Below, in pieces: positions 1-7,581 of a DNA stretch of 64,000 nucleotides. Within the stretch, counting starts at the first letter, position 1, and each line of letters begins with the position of its first letter. Under the pieces are notes generated by a model. That model had not been told where the DNA came from. It did not search any database and was given only the letters and a program-made list of their open reading frames with translations. The DNA comes from Candidatus Zambryskibacteria bacterium CG10_big_fil_rev_8_21_14_0_10_42_12 (lineage in GTDB: Bacteria > Patescibacteriota > Minisyncoccia > Phycocordibacterales > 1-14-0-10-42-12): contig PCXL01000011.1 of assembly GCA_002787695.1 (NCBI GenBank), positions 61,155 to 125,154 on the forward strand, given 5' to 3'. The position numbers were made by a program, and so were the translations under genes.

Positions 1-1082
1 GATCCTGCTTCCGCTACTTTTTCTGCAAGCTTTTCTCGAAGATACTTGCTTGCCATAACACCTCCACCAAATGCACATGATTGTGCACCAGATTCGACCA
101 AAGCCTTGAAGAGCTTTGTGGTGAGCACATCGGCGACAGCTTCTTCAAATTCTCTCGCAAGACCCGCCTGCCATTCGGCTTGAGCCGTCAGGCGATTGGC
201 GGGCAGGCCCGCTTTTTCATCCTCACTAAATTCATTATCTCTCACTGCATAGAGCACTGCTGTCTTGAGTCCAGAAAAAGAAAAGTCTAGATCAGGTGTA
301 CCAATCATAGGTCGAGGAAGTTCTACGGGTGAAGGAATCTGTTCTACCCGTGCTCGTTCGGCGAGGCGTCCGATTTCCGGACCGCCGGGATATGAAAGAC
401 CCAAGAGGCGCGCAGTCTTGTCATAGGCTTCACCGACCGCATCGTCGCGTGTTTTGCCGACTATAGTATATGAACCCCAAGAATCCATGTGAATAATCTC
501 TGTGTGTCCACCAGAGACGAGGAGAGTTGTCATGGGGAAGTTTGGTGTCTTGATGACATTATTTTCAAACAGGGCAGAGACGAGGTGTCCCTCCATGTGA
601 TTCACCGGAATAACTTCGACATGAGGCCAGAGCACTTTGAGTGCATGGGCAAAATTGATACCGACCCAAAGCGCCGGTTCGAGCCCTGGGCCTTGCGTGA
701 TGGCAATCACATCAATTCCCTCACCACTTACCCCGAGTAAGTGTTGCACAATATGTTCATAGAGATCAGGTTCACGTTCGAGCACTTTCTGAATTTTTTC
801 TTTTGTCTCGATGCTTGCTTCGATCTGTGTTTTAAAGAGTTCATTTTCTTTTTCTTTACTCTCCGCAATCACTTTCAGCATTACTGGAACCAGGTTCAAT
901 CCATGCTCGCGTTTTGCAAGTGCTGGAAATACTCCCCCGAATTCGGCGTGTAGATTTGCTTGTGAATGCACGATATGTGCCAAAACATCGACAGATATGC
1001 CCGTATCTGTTTTGTGCGTTCGTATGAGTGCAATCGAAGTTTCGTCACAGCTTGTCTCTATAGATAGAATAGTTTTTTGCAT
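1..1082 (-). CDS. tsaD: tRNA N6-threonylcarbamoyltransferase TsaD (3' end outside window), with a 15-codon repeat insertion
   Basis: Manual translation from ATG at 1082 gives MQKTILSIETSCDETS..., with NHMEGH, LLVSGGHTE and TRDDAVGEAYDK motifs. Absent from the ORF track because it is truncated. Confidence 0.95.
   Translation of the reverse strand, partial: MQKTILSIETSCDETSIALIRTHKTDTGISVDVLAHIVHSQANLHAEFGGVFPALAKREHGLNLVPVMLKVIAESKEKENELFKTQIEASIETKEKIQKVLEREPDLYEHIVQHLLGVSGEGIDVIAITQGPGLEPALWVGINFAHALKVLWPHVEVIPVNHMEGHLVSALFENNVIKTPNFPMTTLLVSGGHTEIIHMDSWGSYTIVGKTRDDAVGEAYDKTARLLGLSYPGGPEIGRLAERARVEQIPSPVELPRPMIGTPDLDFSFSGLKTAVLYAVRDNEFSEDEKAGLPANRLTAQAEWQAGLAREFEEAVADVLTTKLFKALVESGAQSCAFGGGVMASKYLREKLAEKVAEAG
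163..207. mobile_element. 45-bp palindromic element inserted in frame in tsaD
   Basis: CCCGCCTGCC-ATTCGGCTTGAGCCGTCAGGCGATT-GGCGGGCAGG; same ends as the copies at 1108, 1195 and 62636. Confidence 0.85.
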
Positions 1083-1107
1083 ACTTTTTGTGCGCGGTGA
1101 GGGACTC

Positions 1108-1149
1108 CCCGCCTGCCAACGCCTGAAGTCGTAGACAATAGCGGGCAGG
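1108..1149. mobile_element. 42-bp palindromic element in the T-loop of the outer tRNA-Val
   Basis: CCCGCCTGCC-AACGCCTGAAGTCGTAGACAAT-AGCGGGCAGG; no target-site duplication. Confidence 0.85.
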
Positions 1150-1194
1150 GAACCCCCGGCATCAACAACGTCAATGTTGCGCTCTACCAACTGA

Positions 1195-1301
1195 CCCGCC
1201 TGCCAACGCCTGGTGATCCTTGGTGGGATCGAACCACCGACCTTTTCGATGTCAACGAAACGCTCTACCACTGAGCTAAAGGATCGTATGCATGGCGGGC
1301 A
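1195..1301. mobile_element. 107-bp copy of the same element in the D-stem, carrying a whole tRNA gene
   Basis: First 18 bp (CCCGCCTGCCAACGCCTG) are identical to the 1108 copy; it ends ATGGCGGGCA; the interior is tRNA 1211-1285. Confidence 0.85.
1211..1285 (-). tRNA. tRNA-Val(GAC), intact, CCA encoded, nested
   Basis: GATCCTT TA GCTC AGTGGTA GAGC G TTTCG TT GAC AT CGAAA AGGTC GGTGG TTCGATC CCACC AAGGATC A CCA; all stems pair. Confidence 0.96.
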
Positions 1302-1358
1302 GCTAACCGCGCAGAACGGGGCTATAGTATCGTTTCTGGCTGTATATTTCAAATGGTA

Positions 1359-1769
1359 TTAATCTTCGTACGCAAGTACCACAAGTGCTGAAAACGCGAG
1401 AGTGAGGTTCTTTACAACAAATTCTCCGGCGAGTGAAAGCACGGGGAAATATGGATCAAATACGACGTGCCAGCCGTAGAGAAACGTTGAGAATGTCCCG
1501 GCAAGGTGCGCGACAAGAAGTACATGAGTAAGGCTGCGCGCTTTGTTGATGAGGATCATGATTCCCAAAATAGTTTCTATGATGCCGAGCGTGATGAGGC
1601 CTGCACCGTCTGAAAACCAGGGCACCATAGAGTGGTAAACCAAATCAAAGACAGGATTGAATCCAAATATTTTAAGCAATCCAAACCATATGAAAATAAT
1701 AGCGAGCGTGAGCCTCAGAGCGGTTAATAGATGGTGTTTATGCGGAGATGTTTTTAACATTTTTTCCAT
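1359..1769 (-). CDS. DoxX-like membrane protein
   Basis: LRLTLAIIFIWFGLLK, GIIETILG and GEFVVKN motifs; several hydrophobic helices. Confidence 0.7.
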   Translation of the reverse strand: MEKMLKTSPHKHHLLTALRLTLAIIFIWFGLLKIFGFNPVFDLVYHSMVPWFSDGAGLITLGIIETILGIMILINKARSLTHVLLVAHLAGTFSTFLYGWHVVFDPYFPVLSLAGEFVVKNLTLAFSALVVLAYED

Positions 1770-1850
1770 AAGAAATATTATATCAATTTAAAGGGTCGCT
1801 ATTTGGGGATTTGTCCCAACATTTCTGTCTAACATAAATCTCACCTTCAT

Positions 1851-1898
1851 CCTGTATACGTTTATTTTATGCTATAGCATAAAATAAACGTATACAGG
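1851..1898. repeat. 48-bp perfect palindrome with no loop
   Basis: CCTGTATACGTTTATTTTATGCTA|TAGCATAAAATAAACGTATACAGG. Confidence 0.95.
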
Positions 1899-1915
1899 TG
1901 AAAGAATGTGACCAG

Positions 1916-2218
1916 TTACTTCTTTGATTTTCTGGAGAGTACAAATTTTTGCGAGGGGCTTGCCGGCTTGTCTCTGCGATGAATGCAGCCGGCCCAACAG
2001 CAGGGGCGACGCTTACCTTTGGCAAGGTCACTGACCGCGCGTTTTATATGCTGTGTGCGTGTTTCTGCTTTTTTGACCGATATTACCCAACAGATCCATT
2101 CATTTCGTGCGAGCGGTGTAATATCTTCCCATACCCTTTGTGCTTTTGCTGAAGCAGAAAGTGCTTTCTGGAGATCGGCAGGGAGTTTGTGAGCTACGCC
2201 ATCTGAGAGTTTAGGCAT
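1916..2218 (-). CDS. YdeI/OmpD-associated family protein
   Basis: LPADLQKAL...WEDITPLARNEWICWVISVKKAETR...RPCCWAGC pattern. Confidence 0.8.
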   Translation of the reverse strand: MPKLSDGVAHKLPADLQKALSASAKAQRVWEDITPLARNEWICWVISVKKAETRTQHIKRAVSDLAKGKRRPCCWAGCIHRRDKPASPSQKFVLSRKSKK

Positions 2219-2336
2219 ATATTGATTTTAGCAAATATACAAGCCGTCTCGAGTTGGAACTGTGGGAGGCCTTGTCCAGCTTGGTGGATTCAACGACATT
2301 GTAAACTCAATTTGATAGTGTCTCGTGCGTAACTCT

Positions 2337-2693
2337 CTAGATGATAGTTTCAGGATTTATAATTGCTTTAGATGGCACACCTTTCTTTTTTAATTCTTCC
2401 ATAATGATTGATATGACAGACATTTGCATACTCATGCCCATTTCTTTTGTTTTTATAGCACCTTCTGTTTGTAATATTGAAAAAGTGAAGTCAGTGAGAT
2501 TATCCAAGTAAGATATACGTTCATTCATTACCTCTTTTGCTCCATTTGGATTAAATGTTGCATACCTAATTTTAAGCATCTCATTCATAACATCTTGGAT
2601 AGTTTTCTCAGAAGAACTTAGTTTAAGATAGTTTTTTGCTACCCATCGTGCGGTTGAGCCAGTAGCTCCAAATTTAAGGATGAATTTCAACAT
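2337..2693 (-). CDS. Hypothetical protein (low GC)
   Basis: 118-aa ORF with no competing ORF. Confidence 0.6.
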   Translation of the reverse strand: MLKFILKFGATGSTARWVAKNYLKLSSSEKTIQDVMNEMLKIRYATFNPNGAKEVMNERISYLDNLTDFTFSILQTEGAIKTKEMGMSMQMSVISIIMEELKKKGVPSKAIINPETII

Positions 2694-2731
2694 AATCTTA
2701 TTGTATCACTAGCATCTCATGCTATCTGTTA

Positions 2732-2911
2732 ATGCGGAGAGGGAGGGAATTTCTCCCTCGACTTAAAACTTTTTCGTCAAAAAGTTTTAGTCTGGGCACC
2801 GGCTCGCGTACAGGCACTACTGTGCCTGACTTCGTACGCTCCGCCGTTCGAATCCCACCTCATCCGTAAAACAAAAGTCGCCCGATGCTACGCATCGGAC
2901 TCCTTTGTTTT
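2732..2911 (-). mobile_element. Structured element downstream of tRNA-Ser, bounded by tRNA 3'-end copies
   Basis: 17-bp direct repeat 2732-2748 = 2912-2928; degenerate inverted copy of the T-arm/acceptor at 2846-2875; several hairpins. Confidence 0.75.
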
Positions 2912-2914
2912 ATG

Positions 2915-3001
2915 CGGAGAGGGAGGGATTCGAACCCTCGGTACGGTTTCCCGTACACCGCGTTTCGAGTGCGGCACATTCGACCACTCTGTCACCTCTC
3001 C
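2915..3001 (-). tRNA. tRNA-Ser(CGA)
   Basis: GGAGAGG/CCTCTCC acceptor stem, CT CGA AA loop, long variable arm, GGTTCGAATCC. Confidence 0.93.
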
Positions 3002-3070
3002 GTGCAATCTAGAACACTATCATATCTTTTGCATTTTTGGTCAAAAATGATATAGTTTCTGCCGTATTTT

Positions 3071-3142
3071 GGCCCTATCGTCTAACGGTTAGGACATCGG
3101 CTTTTCAAGCCGGTAATCGGGGTTCGATTCCCCGTAGGGTCA
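3071..3142 (+). tRNA. tRNA-Glu(TTC)
   Basis: GGCCCTA/TAGGGTC acceptor stem, TCGGC TT TTC AA GCCGG anticodon arm, GGTTCGATTCC. Confidence 0.95.
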
Positions 3143-3145
3143 CAT

Positions 3146-3348
3146 GAAAAATGAAGAGGCTCCCGCAAGGGAGCTTTTTCATGTGACCCTACGGGCAGAA
3201 AGGGGTCGGGGAAACTGGGTGTTTCCCCGTGGAGGAAGGCAGTGAGTCCTCGAACGTTGGAAAACCGTGGGTTTCCAAGGTCTCGTAAGGGTCAATGAAA
3301 AATTATCTGTGACCGAAAGTGTATTCACGTTTCCCCGTAGGGTCACAT
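3146..3348 (+). mobile_element. Structured element downstream of tRNA-Glu, bounded by tRNA 3'-end copies
   Basis: 21-bp perfect inverted copy 3175-3195 of 3131-3151; 18-bp direct copy 3331-3348 of 3128-3145. Confidence 0.75.
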
Positions 3349-3391
3349 CAGGACTGATATTCTCGATAGATAATTATGATATATTTTCTTC

Positions 3392-4222
3392 ATGAAAATA
3401 TATCGCTATGTTATAGATGGGCTTGTGATACTCCTGGCACTCTTTGTTTTTGGTCCACATTTGTATTATCTCTTGCCGTATGACTACGTAGACACAACTC
3501 TTCCGGACGATGTTGCCGATTATAATATTGCGATGTATACGTACCTGGAAAGTTTACCTCAAGATTTCCAGACATTACTCGCAGAGCCAACTGGTCTCAC
3601 TGGTACGCAGCGCTTTCGCACACAGGAAAATCGAAGCTTATTATCGGCAGAAGAAGTGTATGAACAGAGCAAGGACAGTGTGGTGATTATCGAGACGATG
3701 GATATGTATGGAGACCCATATAGTGGCGGCGGTGTTGTGCTGTCATCTGATGGGCTGATTGTCACGAGTTATCATCAATTGCAGGATGCAGAAAAAGTTG
3801 CAGTTTCACTTTATGATGGCAGCATTGTCAAAGTCACCGATGTGGTTGCATACGACGAAGCGCTCGATATTGCATTTATAAAGATCGATAGTGTCGATCT
3901 GCAGCCGATGCCGATAGGAGACAGTGCGCTACTTTCGATCGGTGAGCGAGTCTACTCCATCGGGCATCCTGAAGGATTTCATCACTCGTTTGCAGAGGGT
4001 GTGGTCAGTGGTATCCGTGACTATTCGTCTAGAGGTGAAGGGATACAGATCCAGATGACGAATCCGATTTCAGCAGGGAATAGTGGTGGCGCGTTGCTCA
4101 ATACCTATGGCGAGCTTGTGGGTATTCCATCGTGGTCTCTTGAATACGAAGACAATATCGTCTCTATCCAAAACCTCAATTTCTCCATCCCGATCAGGGA
4201 GGCGCTCGGAATTTTAGAATAA
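3392..4222 (+). CDS. Membrane-anchored trypsin-like (S1C) serine protease
   Basis: N-terminal TM; GGGVV..DGLIVTSYH, DIAFIK and GNSGGAL triad motifs. Confidence 0.9.
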   Translation: MKIYRYVIDGLVILLALFVFGPHLYYLLPYDYVDTTLPDDVADYNIAMYTYLESLPQDFQTLLAEPTGLTGTQRFRTQENRSLLSAEEVYEQSKDSVVIIETMDMYGDPYSGGGVVLSSDGLIVTSYHQLQDAEKVAVSLYDGSIVKVTDVVAYDEALDIAFIKIDSVDLQPMPIGDSALLSIGERVYSIGHPEGFHHSFAEGVVSGIRDYSSRGEGIQIQMTNPISAGNSGGALLNTYGELVGIPSWSLEYEDNIVSIQNLNFSIPIREALGILE

Positions 4223-4348
4223 GTCCAAACCTTGAAAATACGGCTTTATAAAAGAAAATTTTGTTTTTATATATTATAAAGAGCTTAAATCAGGAGTCGT
4301 CTTTTTTATTGATAAAGTTTATTTTTTGGACTAATATCCATAATACAG

Positions 4349-5671
4349 ATGAATACCAATCAACATCAAAAAAATTATGAGGTGAAACTACCCAGAATAA
4401 TGACGATCGTTTTAAGCATTGCTTCTTATTATAGAAAAACATATTTTAATACTAATGACTTAGCTATATTAGGAAACAAATATAAGCAGGATATAATACG
4501 CACCAGGAAAGATAAGGAGCACTATGCTTTTGCGAATGACACGAATTTCGGCGGAATTAGAGGTAATCTCGCTACTTTGTTGACTTGGAAGGGGGTTATT
4601 AAAAAAGATAATAGATTAGTTAATGCGTATTCTGTTGGCAGAAATGAACAAATAGTTAATGCTGTTGCTAGTGGAAAAATTATGCTTGATCTGACAAACG
4701 ACAAAGCTCATACACAGAATGAGAATCTTTTAAAATTATTGAAGGCTGAGATTTACTTAAGGTCAGTCAGGGAAGGTCAGGCACATATAAAAACATTTAT
4801 AAAGAACAATAACCATATTGGTTTTGGGAGAGATCTTGAGTTTCCAAAAACTTCTGTAGTAAAGACCAGTAAAGGTGTATGTTTTTTGAGGGCAATTGTT
4901 AATAATTTTGTAGATAGTAAAAATGAAGTTCTTAGTTATAGAATAGTCGATTTATGGTCTTCTAAAAAAATTTTAAAAGCTAATATTCATGTCTTATTTG
5001 TTGTTCCTAGAGGTAGTGACTATTGGTGTTCTATCTATGCTTTGTCTTTGGAGGAACTGTGGATCAATAAACCTGCAATTATAAATATAAACTTACTAAA
5101 CAAAAAATGTTTTGATGACATTGGAAAAGAGTATGAATTAAGAAAATTAGATTATGCGATAAATAATTTTACGAAAAGAGATGCAAATATAAATTTGCGT
5201 ATAGGGTATGATCCAAGAGAATTTTTAATTAGATATGTTATTGATGAAACAAAAAATAAGAGAATAAGGGAAAGTGAATTTAGTTTGTTTACCAAGAATT
5301 TCTTGAATTGGAATCCGAGAATAAAAATTAATAATGTGGAGGTGTGTAACATTATTGAATCAAGTTCTGGTGGTGTTGATCTGACACTCCAGTTTGTTAA
5401 TGGATCTGAGGCAAAGGTTGAGCTTGAGCATAATTGGAAAAATTATATTGATCATGGTCATCATACTAGTAACGCATGGTCAAAATGTTGGTTGTATGCT
5501 GATGAGCAGTGGGATTTCGATAATATAAAAAATATTTTTCAAACACATTTTAAAAAGCACGGAGACCGTGTTCCAACAACATTTCTAACTAAAATAGATG
5601 GTAAACAAAAGATATTTAGAGTTGATTGGCATACTCTTGATGTTTCGGAAATCGATATTACAAATTATTGA
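4349..5671 (+). CDS. Putative restriction endonuclease
   Basis: Low-GC 440-aa ORF convergent with two DNA MTases; C-terminal GGVD...KVELE..W.NY..HGH resembles a PD-(D/E)XK-type core (inference). Confidence 0.55.
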   Translation: MNTNQHQKNYEVKLPRIMTIVLSIASYYRKTYFNTNDLAILGNKYKQDIIRTRKDKEHYAFANDTNFGGIRGNLATLLTWKGVIKKDNRLVNAYSVGRNEQIVNAVASGKIMLDLTNDKAHTQNENLLKLLKAEIYLRSVREGQAHIKTFIKNNNHIGFGRDLEFPKTSVVKTSKGVCFLRAIVNNFVDSKNEVLSYRIVDLWSSKKILKANIHVLFVVPRGSDYWCSIYALSLEELWINKPAIININLLNKKCFDDIGKEYELRKLDYAINNFTKRDANINLRIGYDPREFLIRYVIDETKNKRIRESEFSLFTKNFLNWNPRIKINNVEVCNIIESSSGGVDLTLQFVNGSEAKVELEHNWKNYIDHGHHTSNAWSKCWLYADEQWDFDNIKNIFQTHFKKHGDRVPTTFLTKIDGKQKIFRVDWHTLDVSEIDITNY

Positions 5672-6414
5672 TTTGTGATTTTCTTTATGTTTTTCAATTC
5701 TTTTAGTCTATTGATCATAATTGCGTAGTATTCACTATCTTTTTCTATACTTATACTATTTCTCTCTAGGTCATTTGCAACTTTTGTTATTGTTCCACTA
5801 CCAGCAAAACAGTCTAAAATCAGATCGTTTTTATTGGTGAAAATTTTAATTAGAAATTCAATAACTTTCTCAGGTTTTTGTGTAGGGTGTTTTGTTCTTT
5901 CTTTTCCCATACATATCGGTGTTTCTATAAAATTATGCATCTCTCTTTGGTTGCTAAAGTTGAAAGTGTAGCTGATTTTTTTATTATCGAAACCGTTCGT
6001 TGCCCATACAATTGCCTCATTGGAAGACAAAAAACCATTTTTTCTAATTTGTGGTGCCGGATTTGTTTTATGCCAAATTATTGTTGCATGATGTGAAAAA
6101 CCTAACGATTCGTAGATCCGCTTAATATCACTTATATATTCTAACTTACAGAATAAAACTAAATTACCATTTTCCTTTAAAACTTTTTTAATCTCACTTA
6201 CCCACTTTCTGGTAAAAACCAAGAATTCATCATCTTTAAAATAGTCCCATTCTCCAAAATCAGAAGAAAGAGCTTTTCTACCTTTCAATAATTTCGTATT
6301 TTTATTGGCAGTATTGTAGGGAGGATCCACAATAACGGCATCAACTTTTCTTTTGATTTTACCTAGGGAGTTAAAAACATCTCCAAGGATTAGTGTGTGT
6401 TTGTTCTTTTTCAT
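5665..6414 (-). CDS. N4-C/N6-A DNA methyltransferase (beta class)
   Basis: DPPYN, HPTQKP and LDCFAGSGT in beta order. Confidence 0.93.
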   Translation of the reverse strand: MKKNKHTLILGDVFNSLGKIKRKVDAVIVDPPYNTANKNTKLLKGRKALSSDFGEWDYFKDDEFLVFTRKWVSEIKKVLKENGNLVLFCKLEYISDIKRIYESLGFSHHATIIWHKTNPAPQIRKNGFLSSNEAIVWATNGFDNKKISYTFNFSNQREMHNFIETPICMGKERTKHPTQKPEKVIEFLIKIFTNKNDLILDCFAGSGTITKVANDLERNSISIEKDSEYYAIMINRLKELKNIKKITNQ

Positions 6415-7343
6415 TAGGTTTTATTTTTTATTCTATCAATCGACATCTTGTAGAACGCGTTGTCTATTTCGCATCCAGAGTAAAACCTGTTCATTCTTTT
6501 GGCTACCACAGCAGTGGTACCAGATCCGAGAAAAGGGTCGAAAACAATGTCACCGCTGTTTGTTGTTGATTTAATAATTCTTTCTAGTAACCACTCAGGT
6601 TTCTGTGTTGGGTGTATCTTCTTTCCTCCAAAAGTTTTACCTTTTGGCCAAATAGATCTCATTTGCTTGCCATCATTGTCTTTTTTCATTAAATCATAAT
6701 TGAAAATATTCCCCTTTCCTTTTCTGGCCCAAATAAAATTTTCGTGATCTGCTACGAATCTAGTACAAGACAAATTGGGTGTCGCATCTGTTTTATGCCA
6801 CAAGATTTCATTTAATAATTCAAAGCCAGTTTTTTCTAATAAATAACCGGTCGTATAAATACTGTGATAAGTTCCTGCCACCCATATTGCTCCATTTTTT
6901 TTCAAAATACGGAATGCCTCGTCTATCCATTTTTTCGTAAATAGTTCATAATTATCGATTATGTCCCAAAGACCTTTATTAGTATATAGGTCTTTGCCAC
7001 CTGATTTTGTAAATTTAATTTTAAAATTGCTTTTACTGAGATTATAAGGGGGGTCTGCAAAAATGAGGTCTATAGACTCGTCTTCTATTGAGCTCATTAT
7101 CTTTATGCAGTCATCGTTAAAAATCTTATTCTTGAGCCCGTCTTTTGTTATTTTATCTCTCGCCTCTTTTTTAGGTTTTTTAGAGAGGGTAAGTAGATAT
7201 GCTAATGAATCTTTTTCAATTCTTCTGGCACCTCCAATTTTAATAGAAGGAATTATATTTTTAGATATGTATCTTTTTATAGTTATTTCAGACACATTTA
7301 AAAAATCAGAAGCTTCTTTTATTGTGTAAAAATTTGGCTGCAT
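6414..7343 (-). CDS. Beta-class DNA methyltransferase with N-terminal excisionase-like HTH
   Basis: YTIKEASDFLNVSEITIKRYI...IPSIKIGGARRI, then IFADPPYNL, HPTQKP and DPFLGSGTT. Confidence 0.93.
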   Translation of the reverse strand: MQPNFYTIKEASDFLNVSEITIKRYISKNIIPSIKIGGARRIEKDSLAYLLTLSKKPKKEARDKITKDGLKNKIFNDDCIKIMSSIEDESIDLIFADPPYNLSKSNFKIKFTKSGGKDLYTNKGLWDIIDNYELFTKKWIDEAFRILKKNGAIWVAGTYHSIYTTGYLLEKTGFELLNEILWHKTDATPNLSCTRFVADHENFIWARKGKGNIFNYDLMKKDNDGKQMRSIWPKGKTFGGKKIHPTQKPEWLLERIIKSTTNSGDIVFDPFLGSGTTAVVAKRMNRFYSGCEIDNAFYKMSIDRIKNKT

Positions 7344-7581
7344 TGTTTTTATCTAAGCTCGTAAAAGTATCAATTGGTATCAATTTTAGCAGTAATGGGT
7401 ATTTTGGTATGGGGATAACGTTTGTAGGTTAAAACCAAGTATAAATTTAGGGGAGGTTTTAGCAGTGGTGTAAAAATATTGGTGGTACATATCTTTGGCA
7501 TGAACAAATTCGCGATAGGAGGTCTTTATATTGTGATCCTACGAAGCATTTAACGGAGAATTGTGATATAACGCTTATATT

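Larger units (their letters stand above)
1091..1312 (-). pseudogene. Interrupted tRNA-Val(GAC) in three pieces: 1302-1312, 1150-1194, 1091-1107
   Basis: Removing 1108-1149 and 1195-1301 gives GCGCGGT TA GCTC AGTTGGTA GAGC G CAACA TT GAC GT TGTTG ATGCC GGGGG TTCGAGT CCCTC ACCGCGC A, a full cloverleaf. Confidence 0.85.

Noticed and set aside
81-1134. Plus-strand ORFs 81-290, 489-740, 741-953 and 811-1134
   Set aside because: Antisense shadows of tsaD. The same applies to most short overlapping ORFs in the track.
1108-1301. Group I/II or archaeal bulge-helix-bulge introns in tRNA-Val
   Set aside because: The inserts are far too short for self-splicing introns, are not in the anticodon loop and show no clear BHB. 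The same element occurs in protein genes. RNA-level removal stays an untested possibility only.
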